DNA from: Octopus vulgaris | Lineage: Eukaryota | Direction: 5' to 3' | NCBI GenBank assembly: GCA_951406725.2 | Contig: OX597816.1 | Location: 162,936,001-163,000,000, forward strand | Length of the DNA stretch: 64,000 bases | In this document: piece by piece, positions 45,005 through 58,960 of the stretch | Layout: each line of letters begins with the position of its first letter | Position numbering within the stretch: the first letter of the stretch is position 1 | Translations under genes and position numbers: made by a program | Notes under the pieces: generated by a model | Databases searched by the model: none | Told to the model about the DNA's origin: nothing | What the model saw: the letters and a program-made list of their open reading frames with translations, nothing else

Positions 45005-45369
45005 TTTTAGTCATTTGATTGTGGCCATGCTGGAGCACCGCCATTTTAGTCGAGCAAATCGACCCCAGGACTTATTATTTGTAAGCCTAGTACTTATTCG
45101 ATCGGTCTCTCTTGCCCAACCGCTAAGTTACGGGGACGTAAACACACTAGCATCGGTTGTCAAGCGGTGTTGGGGGAACAAACACAGACACACAAACATA
45201 CACAGACACACACACACAGACACACACACACACACACATATATACATATACATATATACGACGGGCTTCTTTCAATTTCCGTCTACCAAATCCACTCTCA
45301 AGGCTTTGGTCGGCTGGAGGTTATAGTAGAATACACTTGCCCAAGGTGACACGCAGTGGGATTGAACCC
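45005..45369 (-). mobile_element. SINE family A
   Basis: Same core and tail in reverse orientation. Confidence 0.8.
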
Positions 45370-46256
45370 ATACATATATTGTATTTCGGGATGGTCAATT
45401 TTTTGCCGAATAAAATTGGTAAACGTCTATACATACATATATATATGTGTGTGTGTGTGTGTGTATGTGTTAACGACATCCTAAGAATTTAGCAACTACA
45501 AAGTTTCTAAAATGGCTAAAGCAATTCGAAGAATTACTTTGGCCGGAGATGTGTGTTAATGTCCAGCGAGTAGCATTTATCTGGGTTTTTTTCTATCCAA
45601 CGTGTTTCTAATATAATATGTACAGGCTATTATTCATAGCTATTTTTTTGCTTCGAGATTCACCATTTCTAAAAGGAATTATGCATATGTCGAACGTTTT
45701 ATTGAAGTTCTAGACAGGTTATCAATTAGGTGATAACCTCGAATCTAGCAGGAAGTGAATCCGGGGTCTAATTAAAACTTCAGAAAGCATTTACTCAGGT
45801 GCTGTACTGACTTGCCTCCTTTCAGTGACGGTGAAATATTTATTAAATAACAGAGTATAATAAATTTTTCGATATTCGAAATATTAAATAAAGTATTATC
45901 AAAAACTGGACACAAAAATTTCATCTAAATAGTAATTCTATCCTTCGTTTCTTCTTTCTCGTTTCTTTCGTTTTTCTCATTATCTTTCTTTCCATCTTTC
46001 TCTTTCACTTCCCCTCGTTCTTTCATTCTTTCCTTCATTTTTCTTTATTCTCCTTTTTCTTTTATTTTAACACCTTTCATTCACCTGTAGTTCTTCGTTT
46101 ATCTATTTCTGTTTCTTCCATTCTTTTTTACTTTTCTTTCTCTTCCTTCTTTCCCTTTAAAATTTTTCTTTCTTTCTTCCGTTCTTTCACTCTCTCTTTC
46201 TACCTTTATTTCTACCTTCCATTGCTTTTGTATTTCTATCCTTCTTTCATTCACTC

Positions 46257-46373
<117 letters not shown>

Positions 46374-46890
46374 TATATATATGTATATTTATTTATTTAG
46401 TATTTCACCATTCTCTCTTTATTTCTTAATTTCGCTGTCTTTAACTTTTCGCTTTCTGTCCTCCTTCCTTCTTTCTTTCTTTCCTTTGTTCTATCTCTCG
46501 CTCTTCCCCCTTTCTCGTTCTCTTTCCCGTCTTGTCTTTTCTTCCACTTTCCTTCACATTCATTCTTCTTTACTCTCATTCGTTTAAACACAACGCATCC
46601 CAAACTTCATTCACAAGTAGCACAAACGTTACAAAATGGGAAGGCGTGGCATTCATGCCTTTTTTTTTATTTATATATTCCCCCCTCGGCAAATATGTCA
46701 ATATTTATTACAGCAACAATATGTCTCCCACACTGTACTCCTTTGTTCGCCATTGATCATCCCAAAAGCTTTCGATGTTCGCTCAACGCGATTTGAACTT
46801 TCGATTCATTGGTCCTCCTCTATTGCACACCTTCTTAAAACCTATGCAATCTGCTCTTCTCTATGTAATAGGAATTTCCACCATTTCTAT

Positions 46891-46925
<35 letters not shown>

Positions 46926-47057
46926 TCCTAGTTATTTATTTGTCAAATGTATGGAGAAAACTATATGGGCGAAGATAAATATCGCGTCACAGGCTGTGAG
47001 ATATAACCAGATGGTTCACATCAAAGAATAAGGGGCGTGTGCAAGTGTATCTTTGCT

Positions 47058-47113
<56 letters not shown>

Positions 47114-47460
47114 AGAGAGAGATAGAAAGACAGAGAGATAGAAAGAGAGTGACAGATGGAGAGAGAAACAGAGAGAGGGAGAGCAATATCTGATATGTTC
47201 GTCCCTGTATTTCTTCTATGCCTCGGTATTGTCTGTAGGTACAGGAAGAAAATTAGGACAAGCGTTGTGTTGATACGAGGTAATAATACACACTAACACA
47301 AACGCACACATTTGGATATACATGCACAATAGCAGACAGAAGCAAACAAACGAACACACACACATACACGTACACACAAAATTACTCACATCACACAAAT
47401 ATAGTAATATATATATATATATATACACACATATATAGTCATACGTACACACAGACACAG

Positions 47461-47524
<64 letters not shown>

Positions 47525-47924
47525 ATGGGTGGGTGTATATAATTGTGTGTGTAGTTATAAGTGTGCATTTATTGCAGGAAAGTGTATTTGGGGCAGGGTG
47601 CTGCTTGTGGCACTATATGTTGTGGCAGAGGTGGGGTGGTGGTGGTGGTAGTCGCGGTGGCGGTGGTATCAATCACACCGTTCTAGAACCTTCATAATTA
47701 TTCTTCGTTGTTCTTTACCCTGATTAAGAAACGAAAGGAAGAAATATATACATGTGTGTGTGTCTGAGGGTGTGTTGTTGTGTGTATGCATGCATATAAA
47801 TATATAGTTATATATACACATAGAGTGATAGATATACATACGCACACTCAAACACATAACACACACACGCACACACACGCACACACACATGTAAATCACA
47901 AAAATCTAAGCGGAGAGTTGATAT

Positions 47925-47950
47925 GGATGATGATGATGATGATGATGATG

Positions 47951-48001
<51 letters not shown>

Positions 48002-48058
48002 GTCATCATCATCGTCATCATCATCATCATCATCATCGTCGTCGTCATCATCATCATC

Positions 48059-48121
<63 letters not shown>

Positions 48122-48184
48122 GTCATCATCATCGTCATCATCATCGTCATCATCATCGTCATCATCATCATCATCATCATCGTG

Positions 48185-48232
<48 letters not shown>

Positions 48233-48325
48233 GTCGTCATCATCGTCATCATCATCGTCATCATCATCGTCATCATCATCATCATCATCACCATCATCAT
48301 TATCATCATCATCATCATCATCATG
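47925..48325. repeat. (GAT)n-(CAT)n trinucleotide array
   Basis: Direct reading; the short GAT run is self-complementary to the following CAT run. Confidence 0.9.
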
Positions 48326-48668
48326 CTTATGATAATTATAGGAAAGACCGTGATGTTAATAGTAAAGAATAAGATATGATTACGAAGTTTCTTCTATGTA
48401 TGAATGGATGCAAGTACGTATGTATTTGGCTATGTATGTTTGCGTGTATTAATGTACGTATGTATGTACGTATGTATGAATGTAAATATGTATGGATGAA
48501 TGGATCTCTGTGTGCGAGTGAGCGTGTGTGAGTATGCCTGTCATATGTATGCATACGTATTTACCATTTGGGTCCTCCTGTTTTCAAGGCGAATTCCTTG
48601 GCAATTCGGCAATATTGTGCTTACACAAACAAACTTAGATATATATATATATATCTGAATTATGTATT

Positions 48669-48788
<120 letters not shown>

Positions 48789-50529
48789 AGCACTTATGTA
48801 TAAATGGATGGATGGATGGAGGAATATAGGGTGGTATATACACACGCGCGCACCCACAAGCTCAATTAAAACAATTTAAGATTTTGAGATTGTTTCCCTC
48901 TAAGAGAGATATTTGAAAAATGAAAGAATTATTTATACATACAATATGTGTATAAATATATATATATATATATATATATAATTATATATATATATATATA
49001 CATATACATATACATATATATATATACATATATATATATATGTATATTTATATATATATACATATGTACATACAAAGACACATATATATATATATGAATA
49101 CATGCATATATGCACACAAACACACACACACACACACACACACTTATATATATACATGCACACATGCCAACATACGTGCATACAAACGCGCATACACGTA
49201 CGTACACAGACATGCATTGAAATACATACATACAACCACATATACATACTGACATATACATACATGCATATATACATACAGAAACACGATACATTCACAC
49301 ATACATGCACAGATTCATACATACATGCATACATGCATACATGCATACATGCATACATACATTCATAGAAACATATTTATATGCATACATACATATATAA
49401 ACGTACATGTGTACATACATCGCACAAAGTGTTTAATCGACTCTATATAACAGTGTATGAGAGAGGGGTAGAGCGAGAAAGAGAGAAAGTGAGAAAGATA
49501 GATAGTGGGCGAGAGAGAGAGAAAGAGATTGGTGGGAGCTAGTATATTACATTAAGTAATTACCTCCATGCTGATTATAACCACTTATCTGTAGCCACAC
49601 CCAGTTTCCAGAAGATTCCTGCTTTGATGCCTCATTATGGATATATATATTCGGGGCTATTCCAAGCTCCTTTCATCCACAAATTGTAAATAACGCTAGA
49701 AATAGGCAAAACTGTATCAAATACGGATTGTGTTGTTCACAAACTTTTATCTCTGACGTGTGCTACCTTCAGGTTTTCTTCACGTATGTCCGTACACATA
49801 CGCGTATACATATATGTGTGTGTGTATGTATGTATGTATTTATGTATGTATGTATGTATGTATGGATGGATGGATTGATGGATGGATGGATGGATGGATG
49901 CATGGATGGATGCATGCATGCATGCATGCATACATATACAAGTGGGTGCTAGCTTAAGTGTATCGCAAATTTTACAGGACCCAGAAAAACCGAAGGACCG
50001 TTGTAATTCGTGTATGAATCTGAGAAGGGGAATATGTTGAATAAAATCATAATTATATGATCCTCCTGTATTTTCTTTTACTCAAAGACAGGGACATTTC
50101 AGCACCCCCTCGTGTGTATGTGTGTGTGTTTAAGAGAGAAAGTGAAAGAGACAGTGAGTGGTGACGGCGTTCGTTTTGTTTTTAAATGTTTATCACATCA
50201 CAAGACAAGTAGATACATAGGTACATATACACATTTTTAAATCAAAAGTAGGAGAGAAGAGGGACACAAAGGAAATGAAAGTGAAAGAAAGTGAGAGAGG
50301 CAGTAAAAACATAAATCCAAAGAAAAGTTGTCAAGCAATGGTGGTGGTACATACACAAAGCAAATATTGGATGTAAGTTTCTCTTTTCGTTACCGCACGA
50401 GGATAAAATTTACTCACACACACTTGAGTATTCCACAGACATGCATAACACTAACGTAGTTCCCATGGAGATTCAGCCTCTCACAGAATATGGAAAGGCT
50501 GGCCCCTTTGAATTACAGCTACAACTCGA

Positions 50530-50585
<56 letters not shown>

Positions 50586-51245
50586 TGAACGTATTTGTGT
50601 GTGTGTATAGTTTAGGTTAGTTAAAACATGTTTACAATAAGTGTCGCGTGGTGGAAATAAACGCAATTATCATACTTTCATTCATAAATTCATTTATTAT
50701 TTCATTCCTTTGCATTTCAATTTGTACATTAAGATTCTTTGAATATGTACGATGTATTTTAAAGTTAAATAGTAATTCCGTTTACGTTTGTGTAACTGAG
50801 ATATTTTGATTGGATTACATAGTCATTGGTATTACATTACTTTCTGTATTCTGTAACTGTCACAATATACTTTTTGGGGCCTGAAATTTTTGTCGAGAGG
50901 GGGCCAGTTGATTAGACTGACCCCAGTAAACAACTGATACTTAATTTATCAACCCCGAAAGGACGAAATGCAAAGTCGACCTCGGCAGAATTTGAACTCA
51001 GAACGTAAAGACAGACGGTCATAATATACAAGCATTTCTCATGGCACCAGTACACTGTTTACAGATGCTTACATTTTTTATGTTTTCCATAAATTTTTCA
51101 CGGGTCCAGCTAGTTAAATATTACTATGACTCTACAAGCCTTATTTAGATCTTCCATTCAGTACATGTTTAGCCTGTTTAACAAGCAGTTATACTTACAT
51201 GAATGTGCATGTATATATAAATAAAGACACGCATATATGTATATA

Positions 51246-51804
51246 TTGGGTTGTCCGGAAAGTTTATACCGATTTATAGTAGCTCGATTTATTTTAGAAC
51301 ATGGTTGAGTCCATAAAATAGGATTTGACTACACTTCCATTTAGAACACAGTTTAAGCTATCTTTTCGTGGAAAAAGATTTATGTTCCTACAAACTGTGT
51401 TAATTCCGTAACCCTTTAAAATGGAAGATAAGCAAGTTCATTTTCGGCACTTGATGCTTTAGGAACCAGACGAAAAGTGCTGCAGCTTGGCTGGGATGTG
51501 TTATCCCACCTTCCATATTCATTAGATATTGCTCCTTCGGATTTCCACATATTCAGGTTTCTGCAGAATAGTCTTAATGGTAAAAATTTCAATTCCTTGG
51601 ATGACGTAAAAAGATACCTTGATGAATTATTTGCTATGAAACAGTCTCAATTCTGTGAAGAGGGTATTTTCAAGTTAAAGGAAAGATGGAGACGTATTGT
51701 GCAACAAAATGTTTAATATTTGGTTGATTAAAAATGTAATGGCAAGTATTTATTGACCATTTTCTTTCCTTTAAAAATCGGCACGAACTTCCCGGACAAC
51801 CCAA
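51246..51804 (+). mobile_element. Internally deleted mariner transposon
   Basis: TIRs ttgggttgtccggaaagtt..ccgattt / aaatcgg..aacttcccggacaacccaa; TA flanks; start MEDKQVHFRH fused to C-terminus PYSLDIAPSDFHIF...RW. Confidence 0.9.
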
Positions 51805-52544
51805 TACATATATATGATATTATATCTATCTATCGCACACTCATATATGTATACACGAGCAGAAAATGGACATTCTTTGCCGATGACCAACCAATTCGTC
51901 CCGTTTATTTTTAAAAGCGTAAATTCATTTCACCATAATCGGTAATTTGCAAAAGATTAAGCTCACAAATGTCATTAAGAAGGTGAATTTTTCTCCTGTA
52001 TTTTAATTAGAGGCCGTAGAAAAGACGAGTCTTAATTTTGTTTGCTAATTATCCTAATTTGCTTCAACGTGACCTGTAATTATATTCGTGCACGAATTGT
52101 TCATCCTATTTTTCATGCAATAAAAATGTTGCTTGTGATTGGCGGACGTATATATTTTTTGTGTCGATTTTGGTTGGGTATGCTCATTAGTTAAAAAAGT
52201 ATCTGAAATAAAAAGAAAAAAAAGGGTAAAGGAAGTAAGAGATTATGGAAACTATTTTCTTGTTCATCCGACAAATTCGCCTGGAGCGAATGCGAGTGAT
52301 TGTTAATACTTTTTTAAGCGGCTGGAATGCTTTGCATGGCTGAGACTTGTAATGTTGCATTGTTAAGACGTTCGCTTTGCTACTATGTAAATGCAGGTTC
52401 AATCCCATTAAACGGCACTTTGTACGAGTATGCCAGAGGTTCTCAACCATTTTTTAAACCTGTGGACTCCTTTGATTCCTATTTGACGCGGGGCTGGCGA
52501 TCCTCAAAGCCAATCGAGCTTTAAAGACTTCTGATATATTCTTT

Positions 52545-52861
<317 letters not shown>

Positions 52862-53501
52862 ATATAGCGTAGCGAATTTTTAGAAATTTCACTACCAGTG
52901 GCCTAGCATGTATAAAAAGTCATTAGACAACATATTTTCCATATAGCCTTACATGCTAGAAGGAGCAGTCAAGGCGTCTAAAACCACATTTAAGAGCAAT
53001 TTTGAAGGGAATGCTCATAACAGCAAAGATTTCCCTCATTGTCATAAAGTAAAAATCTTCTTAAAATCTTTTATTTGTTCATCAAAAATCCTGTTTTTAT
53101 CAATTGAATAATTTTTCCTCCTTTTCTTCCTCTCTGGACTGTTTCCTGTTTCCAACGCAGAGCCATGCCCGAATCTTCAATCCCACTTCTATCTTTCCAT
53201 CTAAAAACTTCCACTGAGCATCATTGTAATATATTCCTCGTGTACGTTCCTCGTGTTTATATATGAAACCAAAAGGAAGATTTGCACATCCTTGAAATTT
53301 ATTTAATTCAAATCATTGTTTTGCATATGTTTGCGATAATAGAAGACGCACGCCCAAGGTGCCACGCAATGGGACCGATCCTGGAGCCATGCGATTGGGA
53401 AGTAAACTTCTTACCACTCAGCTACGCTTTTTGCCTGTATCTATATTATATAACTACACATACATACTTACATGCATATATATATATTTCTATTCACACA
53501 C

Positions 53502-53566
<65 letters not shown>

Positions 53567-53987
53567 TATATCTATATATATATCACGTGTATACATAAAT
53601 ATATGCATAAGTATATGCCAAGTCCACTTAGGTTAGTCACCCTATTTAATTTGAACCTCTTCCCTAAAATATATGTAATAAAACTAACCATATATATCTC
53701 TATTATTTCTTCCATAAACTTTTTTGTATGTTTGATTTATTGAAAATGTTTCATAAATTTTACTCATGTAATAATATTTTACGATCGTTACCCTCTTCTA
53801 AACTGAAAAAAAAAATTGAATAACAAACGACGTTGTAAAACCTTAAGTAGGAAACTAAATCTTCGTCTGTAGTATTGCAGGCACTAATAATACTTTAATA
53901 ATGCTGTTTAATAGTAATAAAACGTTTATGAGATGGAAATTCCAATGTGGGGCATATAGATACTGCACATATATATGTATATATGTA

Positions 53988-54054
<67 letters not shown>

Positions 54055-54201
54055 GTATATGTATATATATACATATATATATATGTATGTATATATATAT
54101 ATATATATATGTATATAAATATATATATGTATATGTATATATATATATGTATATACATACATATATATGTATATATATATATATGTATATATATATGTAT
54201 G

Positions 54202-54236
<35 letters not shown>

Positions 54237-54811
54237 GTATGCATGTATGTATGTATGTATGTATGTATGTATGTATGTATGTATGTATGTATGTATGTAT
54301 GTATGTGAATTTACAGATAAATCTTAGAGACGTCATCTGGAGCATGGACCATTGCGCAGCTATTTATTCAGCTAGGATAACTCTTAAATAGTTTAATATA
54401 TCAATATTTATTCAGTCAAGCAAAAAATAAAAAAAAGCTAAAATAGTAGGGAAAAGAAGGGAAAAAAATAAAAAAACGAAAAAAAAAAGGAATTGTATGC
54501 TTTGTGTGCATATCCAGTAGTAATGGGGGAACGTTCCCTCATAAACTTCATGGATCCAAACACAAATGCTATGTAGATATAGAAATGACGGGTCGAGTCA
54601 GAAGCCAGGGGTCATCTTGCTTGAAGTGAAGCTCATTTATACATACATACATACCTACATTTATATGTATATATAGGCATATATGCTTTTATATATATGC
54701 ATTTATATATATGCATATATCTGCGTACATGCATATATATATACATATACATACACACATATATATATATATATATGTGTGTGTGTGTACATACATATAT
54801 ACATACATACG

Positions 54812-54844
<33 letters not shown>

Positions 54845-54847
54845 ATG

Positions 54848-54902
<55 letters not shown>

Positions 54903-54905
54903 ATG

Positions 54906-54947
<42 letters not shown>

Positions 54948-55500
54948 CAGGGTGTTTCAAAATGTCTGATATCATTTGAGATGTAAATCTCACAGAAGCT
55001 ACATAGTCGAAGCAAATGAAACTAAACAGACTTCATGTTGAGTAACATAACATTTATTCCTCCAAATGTGAATGAGAAATTCAAAGGTATGTGAATTCCA
55101 TGAACGATTTCGCATTGTCTGCGCTTTCAGCTGTCGTCTGCTGTTATGACCTGAACGGGCTGCAGCTTGTAGGTTTTCATTAGCAAGCGTTTGCTCAGGG
55201 CACGCCAAATTGTCTTTGGAGGAATCTGAGTTTCAAGACCTGTTCTTCTTATGGACTTCTTGGGGCTTCGCAAGAGTTTTTGATGAACCCACCCGACCGT
55301 CTCTTCTAATGCTAGTGGTCGTCCAGATCCTCTTTCCTTGCACAAACAGCCTTCCTTTTGGATATTTTGTGCCATGTCCAAATCTGCATTGCCGTTGGTG
55401 AATTTTTAGAGAAATCTCTCACAAATGCACGCTGCACATATAAACATATTTAGAAACATATAAAATATTAAACTTTAAAATTTTACCTGTTTCTACACGT
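54948..55500 (-). mobile_element. Tc1/mariner-superfamily transposase remnant (N-terminal HTH region) with one TIR
   Basis: TA-cagggtgtttcaaaa end; minus ORF GCL..GSGRP..RSPKKSIRR..IWRAL..KTYKLQPVQ. Confidence 0.7.
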
Positions 55501-55853
55501 GCTGTGAAAATTTGAAGCCATTTGAACAAGAACTTGCAAAGTTAATAATTGCAAAATGGGGAATGGCCAGGTTGCGATCGTGCCTGATGGAAAGTGGCCC
55601 CCTGCGCATTAGAATACATATTTGGGTGCACATGTTAGTATCTAAGGGGCCCATCATTTCAAGTTTGAGAATTTTTTATTCACTCCTGGAAGAATGCATG
55701 AATTATTTCAGCCTGGGTGTGTTTGTAGACAATTGAAAAGAATACTTTTAACAAAAGAAAAAAAAAACTAAATAAAAGTATTGTAGTTGCGGGTGGGCCT
55801 CCTTGTAATAGCATCCTGGCAACCAATAGTTTTAGGCCCAGTCTGCCACTGTA

Positions 55854-55899
<46 letters not shown>

Positions 55900-55902
<3 letters not shown>

Positions 55903-56055
55903 AAAATAATATGTTACGTTACTCGATAGTCAAGATAAAACTCTGAGTTTCAGATGCTGAAGTGGGAATCCACGCCACCATCTCTTCGGTTATCTGGCTA
56001 TTTGAAACTCAGAGTTTTATCTTGACTATCGAGTAATGTAACATATTATTTTATA
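55900..56055. repeat. Inverted repeat, ~53-bp arms, ~50-bp spacer
   Basis: ataaaataatatgttac..ctctgagtttca / tgaaactcagag..gtaacatattattttat. Confidence 0.9.
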
Positions 56056-56121
56056 GATAAATTTCCTCTATTTACACAATATTGAGGTCTCTTTCTTTCT
56101 TTTGTTATCTTACCGCTTTAT

Positions 56122-56170
<49 letters not shown>

Positions 56171-56178
<8 letters not shown>

Positions 56179-56648
56179 TGTGTGTATTTATATATATATG
56201 TATGTATATATATAAATGTTTGTATATATATATATATGTGTGTGTGTATATATATACATATATATATATATATGTGTGTGCGTGCACGGAAGTTTATTTT
56301 TCATTCTCTCTCTGTATATTTTCTCTTGTTTGTTTCTGTTGAACAGCGTCGGCTCGAAACATGGCAGACTTTTTCTTATTCCTGAGCGTCAAACTAATAC
56401 ACTTGCTTGTTGTTCATATACCTTTCTTCGTTTTTTTGCTTTTCTATAAATTTCAATTATATTATATGAAGAGAGAAAGAGAGAGAGAGAGAGAGAAATA
56501 CATAAGTAGAGAAAGAGAGAGAGAAAATGAATGTGCGTATATGCATATACCATATTATACCAGTGTAGATATACATGGGTCTGCTATCGTTAGTCTTAAA
56601 CAAAAATAAAAACACTAAACACAATGCAGGAACGTTATGAAGGGAACG

Positions 56649-56696
<48 letters not shown>

Positions 56697-57127
56697 CGTT
56701 CCCTTCATAACGTTCCTGCATTGTGTTTAGTGTTTTTATTTTTGTTTAAGACTAACGATAGCAGACCCATGTATATCTCTCTCTCTTTCTCTACTTATGT
56801 ATTTCTCTCTCTCTCTCTTTCTCTCTTCATATAATATAATTGAAATTTATAGAAAAGCAAAAAAACGAAGAAAGGTATATGAACAACAAGCAAGTGTATT
56901 AGTTTGACGCTCGGGAATAAGAAAAAGTCTGCCACGTTTCGAGCCGACGCTGTTCAACAGAAACAAACAAGAGAAAATATACAGAGAGAGAATGAAAAAT
57001 AAACTTCCGTGCACGCACACACATATATATATATATATATGTATATATATACACACACACACATATATATATATACAAACATTTATATATATACATACAT
57101 ATATATATAAATACACACATGTACATA
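56171..57127. repeat. ~0.45-kb-arm inverted duplication centred on (TA)n
   Basis: Arms mirror around 56651-56693; few substitutions and one ~45-bp indel. Confidence 0.92.
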
Positions 57128-57332
57128 CATATATGTATATATAACAACATATATATGTACATATGTATATTATTTATTTATGTATACGAGTGTGAGTGTG
57201 TCTGTGTTTATTACTGTGTTTGTGTTTGTACGTCTGTGTGTATGTGTGTGTCGGATACTGTCCCAGGATGGCCACACTCCGTGGTTGAACCAATATATAT
57301 ATATATATATATAGAAAGAGAGAGAGAGAGAT

Positions 57333-57381
<49 letters not shown>

Positions 57382-58181
57382 TATATACATGTGTGTATGT
57401 ACATGTATATGTCTATATGTGTATGTATATGTTATATGTGGGCGTATGTACATTATCACAAGATTAGGATTATTAATTATTAAGTACAATCCTCCTAAAA
57501 TCACAAACATATTTCCTAGTGCATTATTTCCCTTTCCAATTATTAATACCTTTCCATTTCCAATATACTTCTAGCTGTTCCTACCAGCTTCTGTACCCCT
57601 CTATCACATGTCTTGATATCATATCAAATCACCTTACGTTATAATAACATTATCATAACTTATTTCACACCATCCTCTCATATTATCTCACACCACGAAA
57701 ATACTTTTCGCTTATCCTGCTTTATTCTGTTGTCTATAAAACTTATTTTGTTGTCTTGTATTTTACCATGAGGAATGTTACTAGATTTTACTCTGGCTAC
57801 TAATATTTTCTTGACGTATTGTGTATCATTTCGCACCATCTCATGCCTGGGTTTATATAGCTTTGGACAGCATATTTGATTATCTCACTTCATCTTTATT
57901 CCATTCCGTAATCTACACTGTTAATCCAGTTGGGATTATACCCTCGCAATCCAATCACGTTGGAAATCAAGACTATATTTCGGTGTACTTTTGGTCCGTT
58001 TCTTTCTTTCTCCTACATAGGAATCGTTTATTTTATGCACTCACACACACACACACACACTTGTATATATAAATGAATATGTAAAGACATACAGGCATAT
58101 ATCTCATGTATACATACATATATATATACACACACACACATATACATACATATACATACATAAGCGTACAAACATGCATAT

Positions 58182-58213
<32 letters not shown>

Positions 58214-58214
58214 G

Positions 58215-58272
<58 letters not shown>

Positions 58273-58565
58273 GTGTCTCTCTGCACTGACATAGACATAC
58301 ACAAAGACAGGCAAACACACATATACATGCACATATATATTGTTGCTTTTATGTTAACATGTCGTATATCCAATTTTGGCCAAATGCGGTTTTTTTCCCA
58401 ATATTTATTTTTGTTTGCAATAGCCGATATTGCAAGCAAAAATATACCTAACATTCCAGAAACAGCTGTAAGACTAACCCTCTGCTTATAAATGTCCTGA
58501 AAATTCCACACAGCCTTGGCTTTGTTGTCCCATTTAATTAACATCCACACAAACACACACACACA

Positions 58566-58671
<106 letters not shown>

Positions 58672-58672
58672 C

Positions 58673-58749
<77 letters not shown>

Positions 58750-58960
58750 TAGACATATACATATATACATATAAATACACACTCACTTATATAATACACA
58801 TACATATATATATATGTCCAACTAAGTCGGACATTGGCCGACTTAGTAAATCTATCCTGGATACTGTTCTACCCCAATAACCCCTCTTCTCCCCTTAAAC
58901 CTATGGCTAAGTACGGACGAAGTTCTAAAATGGTTTAACTCTCTAACTAATACTAGTAGT

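Noticed and set aside
47780-48379. Poly-His/Ile/Met ORFs
   Set aside because: (CAT)n microsatellite.
55540-55851. hAT-like end (gccactg), and similar at 52433
   Set aside because: No matching second TIR or TSD found.
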